DNA from: Eledone cirrhosa
Taxonomy: Eukaryota
Reading direction: 5' to 3'
Length of the DNA: 64,000 bases
Assembly: GCA_964016885.1 (NCBI GenBank)
Contig: OZ024761.1
Coordinates: forward strand, 25,420,001-25,484,000
Made by a program: the position numbers and the translations under genes. The notes beneath the pieces are model-generated. The model did not search any database. It was not told the origin of the DNA and was given only the letters and a program-made list of their open reading frames with translations. This document shows, piece by piece, positions 1 through 12,822 of this stretch; within the stretch, counting starts at the first letter, position 1, and each line of letters starts with the position of its first letter.

Positions 1-113
1 TAGGGAGAGGGTAAAATAAATGGCGGCTTAGTCATATATATATATATATATATATATATGTATACACACGAGCAAATTATATATTGATATATACACGGAC
101 ACACATATGTATG

Positions 114-167
<54 letters not shown>

Positions 168-859
168 TTATATATAAAGGAACGGGGATAGATAAAGGAA
201 CAGAGATAGTGTGAGAGAGGGAGAAATCTGTAGAGGGCGAGACAGAGGGAGGAAAACACCGAGAGGGTAATAACAGACAAAGATAGGGCATGGACGAGCA
301 ATGGAGTAACATATAAAGAGAATAGAGCTAATGTTCAGGTGAGAGAGGGTAGACTGTAGAAAAGAATGAGGAGAGAGAAGCAGGTTTTACATTAATTCGT
401 TGAAGGTTTAACATGGAACGTGTGATATCATATCGGCGGCTAGCGGCCATTTTGTGGACGGAAATGAATAAAGATCATGTGATTGTGTGATATAATTGTT
501 CAGAAAGCAGGGTCCCAAGAGATATAATCAGCACACTATGTTCAGTTTTTCTTGTCTGGGTATTCGTAGCATTCATTTCCTGTGTTTTATTCACAAACAC
601 ATGCTACTGTATGTATGTATATATGTATATATGTATGTATGTATGCATATTCGTGTGCATGCAAGTAGGTTCGTGTTTATGCCTGAATGTGTGAAAATGT
701 AAAGGAATATATATATATATATACATGCATACATAAATAAATATATATATATATATATACGTGCATACATAAATATATATATATATATATATATATACGT
801 GCATACATAAATATATATATATATATATATATATACATAAATATATATATATACACACA

Positions 860-897
<38 letters not shown>

Positions 898-1208
898 ACT
901 AAATATATATACATACATAGATGCTTAAATAAATGCATATATATATAGAAAACTTCATAAACATGCACCATATACATATATATATATATTAACGTGTGCG
1001 GTTAAGAAGCTTATTCAATTTTTCTCGAATTTTCCTAATGTGCACAATTATTATTCTTATTATGATAGCCATTAATACTGTTAAAACATTTATTACAAAT
1101 TACAGTCAATTATCAAACAATTCTTATATAATCCTCAAATAATTCTAGACTGTATAATATATTTATGTTATATTGGTATATAACATCTTTATAATCCTAA
1201 TATATATA

Positions 1209-1368
1209 GTAATGATAATAAATTTGAACACTGAAATCCAAAGAGGGCTCGATAAGTATAAATACATGTCAAATATATAAGAACCGTAGAGCAAATGTTT
1301 ATTAAAATAACAGATTAAAGTTTAAGCAAAGAATCTTTGCTTAAACTTTAATCTGTTAATTTAATAAA
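1209..1368 (-). mobile_element. Probable PLE terminal remnant (family F): ~89-nt tail plus 34-bp fold-back hairpin, in (TA)n
   Basis: Arms 1298-1331 and 1335-1368 are reverse complements with 1 mismatch. The same sequences recur at 3012-3065 and 52785-52850. PLE assignment is by architecture only. Confidence 0.55.
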
Positions 1369-1375
1369 TATATAC

Positions 1376-1406
<31 letters not shown>

Positions 1407-1457
1407 TATATATCTATATGTAAAATACACACAAACACATATGTATAAGATATATCC

Positions 1458-1506
<49 letters not shown>

Positions 1507-1627
1507 ACCAAAATACTATTAAGGATGTCATGTTTGAGAAACATGCAGCATACCCTCTGTAGAATAAGCTCAAATATTCTAAGGGACAAATCCAAGCATT
1601 TATTAACATTAAATTAAAAATCGATTG

Positions 1628-1658
<31 letters not shown>

Positions 1659-1696
1659 ATTCACAAGAATCCAAGCTATGTTCAAAGCATGTATTC

Positions 1697-1741
1697 ACTT
1701 ACAATTGTTTCATCAAAACATAGGCTTGGTGTCTTCGGAGC
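1697..1741 (-). ncRNA. Degenerate minimal hammerhead ribozyme (PLE type)
   Basis: Minus strand reads gct-CCGAAGA-(weak stem II)-GAAA-caattg-TA-agt. Stem III is palindromic (ACAATTGT); there is one core substitution. Confidence 0.5.
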
Positions 1742-2259
1742 ATTTTTCAATGTTTGTACATATAATTGACCTCCTATCCAACGCAAGAGACATCCAGATA
1801 CATATATATATATATTGATGTACAGTGGAGTGACATATATTATACTATATTTGTACAGCAATTCAAATTCAAAATCAAAATAAAAATTAAAATACATGTG
1901 GCAGATAACACAGATAATGCAAGAGGATAGTTTGATAGTCAGATCTAGTAGGTAGTGTATGCGTTAGTTACACATGTATATAAATGAGACAAACTTGCAT
2001 GCTCCATGTGTAACTAACGCATACACTACCTATTATACCTGACTATTAAACTATCCTCTTGCATTATCTGTGTTATCTGCCGCATGTATTTTAATTTTAA
2101 TTTTAATTTTTATTTTGAATTGCTATACAAATATAGTATAGTATAATATATGTCACTCCACTGTACATCAATATATATATATATATATGTGTCTGTATGT
2201 CTCTTCCGTTGGATAGGAGGTCAATTATATGTACAAACATTGAAAAATGCTCCGAAGAC
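1731..2259. repeat. Inverted duplication, ~250-bp arms with 28-nt spacer
   Basis: 1731-1976 is the reverse complement of 2005-2259 with scattered mismatches and indels. The right arm runs straight into the PLE at 2260. Confidence 0.9.
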
Positions 2260-2868
2260 CACCAGTCTACCTTCCGATACCCGGACAGACGTTCATCCAC
2301 GAAACTCGCGAGCCACGTATGGTCCCTCAAGGACTCAAGTATAGGGTTCTCCATTCAATGGAAAGCCATCACTAAGTCCAAGCCATACGCAAGGGGAAAT
2401 CCGACGTGTGACTTATGTATTGACGAATGAATAACTATCCTAAAGAGATTACGCAATAGTGATTGCCTAAACACGGGGTGGTGAATTTTTCACACGTTGT
2501 CCACACGTCACCAAACATCTATTGCACAACTACAAGGCTCCGGACTGATTCTTTGTAATTTTATTTTTAATTTTTTATTTTATTTTCAACCAAAAAACTT
2601 TCCGGACTTTCGCAGTTATCTCCCTAACACCCCCCGCACGCAATCTAGTATTGCTTGCGTGAAGTGACCGAATTTCTGCGCATGCGCGTTCGTACGGCTG
2701 TCCTTCCTGTTCCTATAACCATGCACATCCCGAGCTGAAGATCCGCGAAGGTGAAACAATTATTCTCGGTATGGTGAACTAACTGTTGTGTAACCACTTC
2801 TACCTAACTCGTCCCATGGACTGAGTACTCTACCACTACGGATATTACATTCCAGTGTTCCACCACTA
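2260..2868 (+). mobile_element. 5'-truncated Penelope-like retroelement (family A): GIY-YIG endonuclease C-terminus plus 3' UTR/pLTR
   Basis: Translates HQSTFRYPDRRSSTKLASHVWSLKDSSIGFSIQWKAITKSKPYARGNPTCDLCIDE*ITILKRLRNSDCLN, matching the PLE endonuclease pattern T.LS.H.W.LKD...I.W...C.LC..E...LN. It has an in-frame stop, a downstream hammerhead motif, and ends in (TA)n. A second copy lies at 33824-34410. Confidence 0.85.
2730..2769 (+). ncRNA. Minimal type I hammerhead ribozyme in PLE family A (stem III degraded)
   Basis: ccgag-CTGAAGA-t-cc-gcgaa-gg-t-GAAA-caatta-TT-ctcgg. Stem I is a perfect 5 bp; stem III is one base from the ACAATTGT palindrome. Confidence 0.65.
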
Positions 2869-2950
2869 TATATATGTATATATATATATATATATAATAT
2901 ATTTATAAATATATATACATACATATTTTACAATTTTGATACACATACGC

Positions 2951-3006
<56 letters not shown>

Positions 3007-3976
3007 TATATATTTATTAAAATAACAGATTAAAGTTTAAGCAAAGAATCGCTACTTCCACCCTTAACGGGATCTATATATATATTTATTACTATAATAT
3101 ATATATGAATAAATAATTCTACATGCATATTTTTACACGTTTGTGTATTTCCCTGTTTGTAAAAATTCCTTTTTATATATGTGCTTTATTACATGTATAT
3201 CCCCTTTTAAACATCTGTACATTTTCATCTTCTCGCGGTTATGCTTATCTTCAATTCTGCCCATGTGTATTGTTATATATTTGCATTTTAATGTGCATAT
3301 GGTTTAGTAAATGAAGTACAATACAATATCATGCCATCAATTGATATAACTAACTGATTTATTTCGTTAGAATGATGCACATTTTCCTATATATGTATAT
3401 TTATGAATTAACATGCGCATTTTTTGTCCGATACATCTTTCCATCTTTACATATGTCCATTGTTATATATTTGTATATTTTTATATAAGTAAATGTTATA
3501 TATATGCATATTTATGTGTTTAAAATCTGCGTATTTATACGATATATCTGCATTTTTACATATCTATTGTTGTATATATATAGAGAGAGATGAGAGATAG
3601 AGGTATAGCTAGATAGAGAGAGATACATAGATTTATATATATGGATATACATGCATTTATACGTGCGTACTTATGCAATCTATCTGCATTTTTTCATACG
3701 TATTGTTATATTTTTATGTTAGTGTGTGTGTGCGTGTGCAGATTTATATATTTACAAATGTGTTTTAATGCATATCTGCATTTTTCATATGTGAATTATT
3801 GTATATGTGCATATATATAGATATATAGATATATATATATATATAAATGTGCAGATTTATATATGTGCATTTGTACATCTGTGCATATATATGTATTGAT
3901 AGATTTTAAAATGTGCAATTTTATAGATGTATACTTTCTGCATTTTTATCTACGTACATAACTTTATATATATATA

Positions 3977-4024
<48 letters not shown>

Positions 4025-4041
4025 TATATATATATATATAT

Positions 4042-4173
4042 CAGTCCACGTATTCACCTGCTGATAAGTCGTATATTGCCATAGAGATCCTTATTTGTTG
4101 GGTGTTCCCTCCAAGACACGTTTAAAGCAGCGCGGAGCATACGTGTGTATGCCCAGTCTAGCTTTTTCTCCAG
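4042..4173 (-). mobile_element. RTE/RTE-X LINE ORF fragment, inverted 5' segment
   Basis: Minus strand translates LEKKLDWAYTRMLRAALNVSWREHPTNKDLYGNIRLISR, the segment that normally directly precedes RLRFAGHC in this LINE group. Confidence 0.8.
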
Positions 4174-4412
4174 TTTCGACTCAGATTTGCTGGTCACTGT
4201 TGGCGCAGCAAGGAAGAAATAGCAAGTGATGTGTTGTTATGGAGTCCATCTCATGGAGCAAGAAACGCTTGTCGTCCCAAGAAGACATACGTCAAGCAAC
4301 TTGAGGACGATACTGGATGCGCTGCGGAAGAACTGGCAAACACTATGAGAGACAAAGATGGATGTATGAAACGTATCGTAGAAAGCCGAGCAAGCTCGAA
4401 CTTATGATGATG
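4174..4412 (+). mobile_element. RTE/RTE-X LINE 3' end
   Basis: From 4177: RLRFAGHCWRSKEEIASDVLLWSPSHGARNACRPKKTYVKQLEDDTG...SRASSNL*, followed by a short (TGA)n tail. Confidence 0.85.
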
Positions 4413-4417
4413 GTATA

Positions 4418-5240
4418 TCTGTATATATATATATAAAATGAAGTATGTGTGTGTCTGACTGTGTGTCTCTCTATTACCTATAGGGGCCTACATCTTACGA
4501 CCGATTTTTATAAATCTTTACAGGCTCATAGAGTAGTCATCGGGGAGTGTTTTCTATATATCAGCGTATAGTTCTTTTTATTCCGGGGTCATTCTGCAGA
4601 TAAAAATCGATGAGGGGGGGGGTCACCTTTTTTTTAGGTATCGAAATATAAGATTTTTGGCTCTAGCTCCCACATTTTGCCACCGATTTCGTTCAAATGT
4701 TAAAGCTAAATAGAATTTATCATTGCACATTCTGTAATGGCTTTATACTTTGCATTTATTGTTCAGGAATGGCGTGGCAGTAGCTTAAATATTCCAAAAT
4801 ACCACTTTTAGACTCAAATTTCCACTTTTTCGGCTCTAGCTCCCACATTAATCAACCTACTTTGTTCAAATTTTACACTACGCTAGATCTGATTATTTCA
4901 CGTCTTCAGTTCGCTTTACATTTTGGACTTTTTGTTCAAGAACGGCTTCGCAGCCGCTTAAATATTCGAAAATACCATCTTGTCGCTCAAATTTCCGCCT
5001 TTTCGGCTCTAGCTCCCACATTTTTCAACTGATATCGTTCAAATTCGAAACTCCCTCCCCCAGCATACCCATTCGTCAGTCACCCGCGTTTCTCAGTGAT
5101 ACAGGTCATAACCACCCTCCTCCGCATGGCCTGAGTGTGGCCATAGATGAGTCATCGAGAAGCAGTCGCTAAGTTCAACACCTTTTCATCAAAGCAGATA
5201 TTATTTTACCTACCCAGGCAACACTGGGTACTGCTGCTAG
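4418..5240 (+). mobile_element. Non-autonomous Helitron
   Basis: A|TC 5' end followed by TATATAAAA and a GTGT/GTCT run. Subterminal hairpin TACCCAG-gcaaca-CTGGGTA (5211-5230), then CTAG|T 3' end, with no TSD. Internal ~173-bp repeats (ggctctagctcccacatt at ~4659, 4832, 5005). Confidence 0.85.
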
Positions 5241-5563
5241 TATATATATACATGCGATGTAATGGGCTCTTTAGAGAAGATGCTAGTTTGAAGAAACTCC
5301 TATTGTATCCCGGTGATAATTATGTTAATTTTGTTATATTTGTGGCTCTAAATGAGGTTTAGTTGTGTTAGATTACATAATATTCGTCTAAAGCATGAGT
5401 TTTATGAAGCCCGATCATAATTACCTGCTCTTGAATATATTTCTGATATCATATTCACGAATACAAACACGGAAACAAACAAGAATGCATGCATGCAGAA
5501 ACACACACAAAGAGACTTACAAACACGCATAATTACACAAACAAACACACGTATGTGTATGTA

Positions 5564-5608
<45 letters not shown>

Positions 5609-5731
5609 TGACATGTACAGATATATGCGTATATATGCATGTACCCCATTACAAACGTGTTAATACATATATATGCGCGCAATTGCTTCTCTATATATGC
5701 ATATATTTGTGTGTTTAATACACACACACAC

Positions 5732-5772
<41 letters not shown>

Positions 5773-5916
5773 GTACATATGTGCGCGGGCGTGTGTGTGT
5801 TTGAGCATGCCTGCATGTATCTGTTTTAAATGAACTACGTAGCTCTAGTCAACACCATTCGTTTGGTCTTTATACGACCTTATAACCGTCATCACCAACA
5901 TTAATAATATTATTAT

Positions 5917-5952
<36 letters not shown>

Positions 5953-5989
5953 GTGAAAGAATGAAGAGTAACATGGTTGGCTGTACAGC

Positions 5990-6029
<40 letters not shown>

Positions 6030-6429
6030 TCTTACTATATTTTCTCAAAATTGTATATATATATATATATATATAAATCTATACATATATATATATATAT
6101 ACTCTTACTATATTTTCTGAAAATGTTATATATATATATATATATACATATATATATACTATTTTATTTTAATCCAATCTTTTAATCTAACCAAGAAGAA
6201 CCGCATTTTGTTTTTAGTTGGGTTATTTTATCTTTTTTATTGTAAAATCTAATTTTCTCTGAATTGTTTTACAGTAATTTCATGCTTGATCATAATAATC
6301 AGCTGGCAGATATTTTAATATCTAAATTGATTTAGAAAATTAATTCAAACCACAATGTTATTTTGCATATGCTTTCATTTTTGTGTTGTGGCCCTATCTT
6401 ATATAATATTACATGTTTTTTTTAACATA

Positions 6430-8110
6430 GATGGAGACTGTGAAGGAATCAGAGAGACAGTGTGAGGGAGGCAGAAATAGAGAGAGAGGCGGAGATTCAG
6501 AAATACAGAAATAAAAAGAATAAGGGAGAGAGAGGGGAGTGGCAGAGAGACAGGATGGGAGAGAGGAGTGAGTGGCAGAGAGACAGGATGGGAGGGGGTG
6601 GGGTGGCAGAGAGACATAATGGGAGAGAGGTGGGAGTGGCAGAGAGACAGAATGGGAGAGAGGGGGGAGTGGCAGAGAGACAGAATGGGAGAGAGGGGGG
6701 AGTGGCAGAGAGAAAGAATGGGAGAGGGGGGGAGTGGCAGAGAGACAGGATGTGAGAGAGAGAGGAGTAAGGAGAGGGATAGAGACGGAGAATCAGATGG
6801 AAAGAGAATGATGGTGAGATAGAGATGAGAAAGAGATGGAGAGAGATAGACTGTGAAGGAACCAGAGAGAGAGGTTAAAGAGAGGCAGAAAGACAGAGAG
6901 AGAGGAGAGAGACAGAAAGATAGAAATATAGAATGACATAGGAGAGAGGGGTGAGTGGTGATAGACAGAGTGTGAGAGAGTGGTGGAGAACGATGGAGAG
7001 ATAGAAATAGAACGAACGAAGAAGAGATGAGAGAGAGATGGAGAGGGAAGGGTGAGAGAGAGAGACGGAGAATCAGAAAGAGAATGAAAGAGGGCGTGGA
7101 CAAAAAGATAATGAACGCAGAAGAGGGGAGAGATAGATGGAAAGATAGAAAGAGAACGAAAGAGGGAAATACCAGAACGAGAACGAAAGAGGGAGCTGAG
7201 GTAAAGGCGGAGAGAGAGAGAGAGAGATAGAGAGAAAGAGAGACAGACAGACATACAGACAGAAAGGGAATAAAAGAGTGAGAGAGAAAAAGAAAGGTAA
7301 CAAGAGAAAGAGAACGAATGAAGGGGCGAAGAGAGGATTAAAAAAAGTAGGAAACTCCAAGAGAAGTGATGAGCAATGGAGATCTGGAATGAAAGAATAG
7401 GATAGGAGAATGAAAGAATAATAAAGAAAGGAAAGTCAGGATGTGAAGAGAATAAATGTGAGGCAGCAGGTCAATAGATGGTGAGGGAATGAGAGAGAGG
7501 GGGGTGGAGGGAGGAAGAGATGGAGGGATAGAGAAGGAGAGATGAAGAGATGGAGGGATAGAGAGGGAGAGAGGAAGAGATGGAGGGATAGCGAGGGAGA
7601 GAGGAAGAGATGGAGGGATAGCGAGGGAGAGAGGAAGAGATGCAGGGATAGCGAGGGAGAGAGGAAGAGATGGAGGGATAGCGAGGGAGAGAGGAAGAGA
7701 TGGAGGGATAGCGAGGGAGAGAGGAAGAGATGGAGGGATAGCGAGGAGAGGTGGAGGGATAGCGAGGGAGAGATGGAGGGATAGAGAGGGAGAGAGGGAG
7801 GGAGAGATGGAGGGATAGCGAGGGAGAGATGGAGGGATATAGAGAGGGATGGAGGGATAGAGAGAGGGATGGAGGGATGGAGATAGGGATGGATGGATGG
7901 ATGGAGAGATGGAAGGATGGAGGGATAGAGAGAGGGATGGAGGCATAGAGGGAGGGGTAGAGAGAGCGATGGAGGGATATAGAGGGGGTGAGAGGGGAGA
8001 TAGAGGGAGATTACCTCCCTCTATCTCTTCTGAGATAGAGGGAAATAGAGGGGGGAGAGAGAGAGTTGAGAGACACAGATAGAAAGAGAGGGGGACAGAT
8101 AGAGACAGAG
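6430..8110 (+). repeat. Purine-rich low-complexity block with 33-bp and 30-bp minisatellites
   Basis: GGGAGAGAGGGGGGAGTGGCAGAGAGACAGAAT units at ~6525-6755 and GAGGGAGAGAGGAAGAGATGGAGGGATAGC units at ~7550-7745. Confidence 0.9.
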
Positions 8111-8504
8111 ATTGTGTGGGTGTGTGTCTGTGTGTGTATGTGTGTGGGTGGGTGTATGTGTGTGGGTGTGTGTGTGTGTGTGTGTCTGTGGTTGGGTGTG
8201 TGTGTGTGTGTCTGTGTGTGTGTGTGTGTGTATGTGTGTGTGGTGTATAATAATAGGGAAAATATAATGAATAGATAAAGAAGGGAAAGGAAATATCAAT
8301 TTAATAAAGTTCCTTTAGTGATAGTTTTCCAAGCAAATCCCAATCTCAGCAATAATATAATACAATATACTACAGTATAAAAATATGGAACCATTAAGAC
8401 AATATACAGCATAATATAACAGAGGTTCAGTTGATAGAAGCTAAACATCTGGCAGGGATCAAATATATAACCTTTATATGGCAATGAAAGGGTTAAGTAA
8501 TCAT

Positions 8505-8798
8505 ATTGATGGCCTCCCCACAGCCCCCACAGACCCGGCGGACAGAATAGAGCAGGCGTTTCTTCGGAAGATTTTAAGGGGGATTCGCTGGAAGAGCTCA
8601 CACTTGCGGTAGGCTAGCTAGCACAGTGCCTATGGTGGTGAGTAGGGAAGTAGCCCTAGGGCCGAGGACACCAGAAGTCTCCACTGCCAAGGGTACGACC
8701 GCAAACCTCAGAATGGAGAAGGCGTCTCCCCGGAGGATGGTAAGGGAGATGCGCTGGAAGAGACATTCCAACTCGCGAGGCTCACACCTGCGGCCAGC
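8505..8798 (-). mobile_element. CRE-like non-LTR retrotransposon, restriction-like endonuclease C-terminus (degenerate, partly duplicated)
   Basis: Minus strand: EPRELECLFQRISLTILRGDAFSIL, then VPLAVETSGVLGPRATSLLTTIG, then LFQRIPLKIFRRNACSIL. This matches the P.AVET.G..G and QRIS..I.RGNA motifs. Confidence 0.7.
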
Positions 8799-9159
8799 TC
8801 AGCTCAGCTCACCTCAGATCACTTCCTCCATCGTCCAGCAGTGTATGCCGTCTCTTTTCTCGCTAACATTGCTTCGGTCAAGACGTGTCTTTGTCTCTCG
8901 TCAAAACTCGCCCGATCTTATGTTCGAAATGAGTTGTTGACTTGATATTTTTCCTAATTTTCCTCTCTTTACGTTGCTTCACCCTTCGTGTCGGTTTACA
9001 TGTCTCCCGCCCCCTTTAAATTATCCCAATAACTTATTTTTAGTTATTGTTTCGCCCTAGGCTGAGGTATATTGTCTCTAACGCGAAGAAATACTTGGGA
9101 TTCCTAACACACAACTGATGACGGATACTGCACGCTCTCGCCCGTAACTTTTATTTTCA

Positions 9160-9318
9160 TCCAACGCCTGGCTTTGCACATAGATTTACGGCCCTCTACG
9201 TTTTGAGTTCAAATTCCGCCGAGGTTAACTTTGCCTTTCATCCTTACGGGGTCGATAAAATAAAGTGCCAGTAATGTACTGGGATAATTGCTGGCCTTGT
9301 GCCAAAAGGAGAAACAAT
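9160..9318 (+). mobile_element. tRNA-derived SINE (main family), 5' degenerate
   Basis: B box GAGTTCAAATTCC, conserved body GCCTTTCATCCTTACGGGGTCGATAAAATAAAGT (resembles the Meta/MESC SINE domain), and 3' end GCTGGCCTTGTGCCAAAA. Confidence 0.85.
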
Positions 9319-9336
9319 TATATATATATATACATA

Positions 9337-9416
<80 letters not shown>

Positions 9417-10514
9417 CTTATATATATACATACATACATATATATACATATATATATATACTTATATATATATATACTTATATATACATATACATATATA
9501 TATATACTTATATATATACACTTATATATATATACTTATATATATACACTTATATATATATACTTATGTATACATACATATATATATATATATACTTATT
9601 GATACATATATATATATATATATACTTATATATACATATAATTATATATATATATACTTATATATACATATACTTATATATACATATACTTATATATACA
9701 TATACTTATATATACATATATATATATATATATACATATTTATACTTATACACACACACATATATATATATATATATATCATATATACACACGATTCATA
9801 TCATCCGACATTGAATATGATTTTATAAACCACTAACAGATGGTGTACAAAAAATATCTATTAAATAATTAAAAATATCATATTATTATACGGGAAAACA
9901 TAAAAATTCTTGAACAAAAATAATAAAATTTAGGTTTTGTGTCATTAAAAAAAGATCCAAATAAATAAAATGAATGCTATCAATCAAATATAAAAAAATA
10001 TGATACTATGAAGCCTGCGGTAACAGACAGTTCTGGAGAGATGAAAATGGGGTAACAACAACAATAGAAATTATTTCAATAAATATAAAAGAGAAAGGAA
10101 ATAATGAAAAATATTATTTCTTACACTATGACAACAGTAGGAAAGGTTTCAACATGGCCCATAGACAACATTAAACAACGCAGAATAAAATTAGTAATTT
10201 CTAATTTAGGCACAAAAGAAGCAAGGTCGATTAAATAGACCACACTAACTTACTGCTCATATATTTTCTCGACTCCAGAAGGATGAGCGGCGAAGCTCCT
10301 TTATTGATGATGTATAATACTTTAACTTCTGAACGATAAAAGGCTAAGTTTATCTTACAGGTACTATATTTTATCGACTCCAGAAGAAGGAGAGGCAGAG
10401 TTACTTTAAAGATAATTGTTTCTACTTTTGGCACAAGGCCATCAATTTGACCAGTATATATATACATACTACTGTACGTCTGTATACATATATGTATGTA
10501 CGTATACATACTTA

Positions 10515-10855
10515 TATTTAAGTAACAGCCGTACTAAGAGTGAGAAATAACATTTCGTTTCATTTTTTCCATTTATCGTTTTCGGTGCGCCCCGCCGATT
10601 AACTCACTCGATATGCGTATTAGGCTGCTCAGCCGTTAACATGCATAAGCAAAGTATATACTTTCAGACGTTCAATCATCTGGCAGGAAGGTATACGGTG
10701 CTGACGATAGCTAATACGCTTGAAACTAGTACATCGTTCCTTTGTCAGTGTTGAACAAAAGGGAAACGATGGTTGCTAAACATTGTACGGCTTAATTCAG
10801 GATGTTTGTTTACAAACAAACCGAACATTATAATAAATGTTCGGTAAATCCATAC
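10515..10855 (+). mobile_element. PLE pLTR remnant with hammerhead, flanked by ~52-bp direct duplication
   Basis: Contains the hammerhead at 10696-10736 and fold-back hairpins. 10455-10506 is repeated at 10897-10948. Confidence 0.6.
10696..10736 (+). ncRNA. Minimal type I hammerhead ribozyme, intact core
   Basis: cggtg-CTGACGA-t-agc-taatac-gct-t-GAAA-ctag-TA-catcg. Stem I has 5 bp, stem II 3 bp, stem III is palindromic (ACTAGT), and the cleavage triplet is GUA. Confidence 0.8.
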
Positions 10856-10944
10856 GTATATATATATATATATATATGTGTGTGCATGTATGTATATATA
10901 TATATACATACTACTGTACGTCTGTATACATATATGTATGTACG

Positions 10945-10992
<48 letters not shown>

Positions 10993-11065
10993 TACATACA
11001 TACATACGTTATTATGAACAATACAGAATATATAATAACTTCGTAGGAAAGAATATCATTATCAT

Positions 11066-11402
11066 ATCAGGGTAGAGAGGAAAGTGCTCTATTCCCAGGA
11101 TTTTGTTGAAAGATGGGTGAGAGAAGCAAGAATGGGCCTACTCTGAGTATGTGTCTGTAAATTAAAGTTGGAAAACTGGGAGAGGGTACTTGCCCTGGTG
11201 GTCAGGGTCACTATGGTTTTTTAATGGGCTTTCTCCACGAATGTCCCTCGGAAGTCTCCCCCCTATTGGGGAATTTTTTCATTGTTCTATTATTACATCC
11301 TCTGTTTTTTTTTGTTTTTTTACACGCAGAAATGCCCTTTTGTATCGTCCTGTACTGTCCTTAGTGTCTACTTTGTGTAGACCCTTGTGGTTAATAAGGA
11401 AA
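11066..11402 (+). mobile_element. Tx1/L1-like LINE 3' end in (ATT/ATC)n
   Basis: Degenerate RVERKVL...FVERWVREARM...LSMCL*, then a T-rich 3' UTR ending CCCTTGTGGTTAATAAGGAAA at a trinucleotide microsatellite. Confidence 0.5.
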
Positions 11403-11861
11403 GCATTATCATATGTATTATCATTATTATTATTATTATCATCATTATTAGTCGTATTGGAAATATTAATAGGTGTATCAGCAGAAGTCCAGTTATTAAT
11501 AACGATAATGATAAGAACGATATGGTGATATCTTCAATGATGATGATAAAATTATACTATGGCCATTTTTTTTTTTTATTAATCTTCAATATTTTTTTCG
11601 TATATTGCACCATTATTTAATATAATTTGTATTATATTTATATTGTTTTATTTTTGCTATTGCCATTGTTATGTTTGTTGTTATTATTTTTGTTTTGCTT
11701 TTTATCTTTGTAGCTAATATTGTATACTATATTCAACTTTGCAAAATTGGTAAATAGATGGATGTGTTTTTTAATATATACACATATACGTAATGTAATA
11801 TATATATAGATACATAATGTAGTATATATATACATACTTAATGTAGTATATATATATTCCA

Positions 11862-12047
11862 AATTGTTTCTACGTTAGGCACAAGGCCAGCAATTACTCA
11901 GTACATTACTGGTACTTTATTTTATCGACCCCGTAAGGATGAAAGGCAAAGTTAACCTCGGCGGGATTTGAACTCAGAATGGCAAGGTCCGTAACTCTAT
12001 ACGTCAAAGCATGGCGTCCGACCCTCTACCGATACTGCCAATCCACT
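11862..12047 (-). mobile_element. tRNA-derived SINE (main family)
   Basis: Near full-length reverse-complement match to the copies at 28118, 32696 and 42166. Confidence 0.9.
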
Positions 12048-12170
12048 ATAATGTAATATATATAGATACATAATCTACTATTATATATATATCTATATAT
12101 ATAATAGTAGATTAAGTCCAGAATTAGACGTCGAAACGGCTAGAGCTCTGCCGTCGGGGTCATACTTGTT

Positions 12171-12214
<44 letters not shown>

Positions 12215-12301
12215 TAATATAGTATATATATACTTAATGCAGTATATACATGTACATATATACATACTGTTACATAGTTACATATGTGCGTGTGCGTGTG
12301 C

Positions 12302-12346
<45 letters not shown>

Positions 12347-12424
12347 CGTGTGCGTGTGCGTGTGTACATATATATACATATATATATATATATACATTAT
12401 GAAGAGAGAAGAAACATTTAGATA

Positions 12425-12822
12425 TAATTAGTAATAAAATGTATCATACCTAAACTGCTCCTAAATTCCTCGACTACGTAGTTTCGTGGCATAAACAAAA
12501 ACAATATATCATAAAGACATAGAGTCCCTGCGAGGTCTGCCGACTTATCAAGAGGATACCTCATTTTACTAGTCTCAAGAACGCGTCCACACGACGTGAG
12601 AAAGAATCCCAAAAGGCGGAGGGGGAGATAGTCACGCGATATAACGGTCGAGAAACAGAGCTAAGCCTCTTATAACCACGAAGAAAATACCACGGAGGCG
12701 GAGGGGGTATTCATATCGAGGCCGCAGAAGAGGTGGTGAAGAAGGCTAGAAGTATGAGTAATGGAAGCTTTCCAGTTGTCCCCACACTTCAAAGATTGCT
12801 CGACCAGAGGGAGTTATTAACA
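12425..12822 (-). mobile_element. Probable PLE 3' UTR/pLTR remnant
   Basis: Non-microsatellite segment carrying a hammerhead fold. Its 5' end abuts the 153-bp palindrome. Confidence 0.5.
12467..12556 (-). ncRNA. Degenerate hammerhead with long stem II
   Basis: tcctc-TTGATAA-gtcggca...tgccac-GAAA-ctacgtag-TC-gagga. Stem I is perfect, stem III is the palindrome ACTACGTAGT, the triplet is GUC, and the core has two transitions. Confidence 0.6.

Noticed and set aside
6399-7946. S/L/P-rich and E/R/G-rich ORFs (also 56038-56553, 63001-63912)
   Set aside because: They are GA-rich low-complexity and minisatellite translations.
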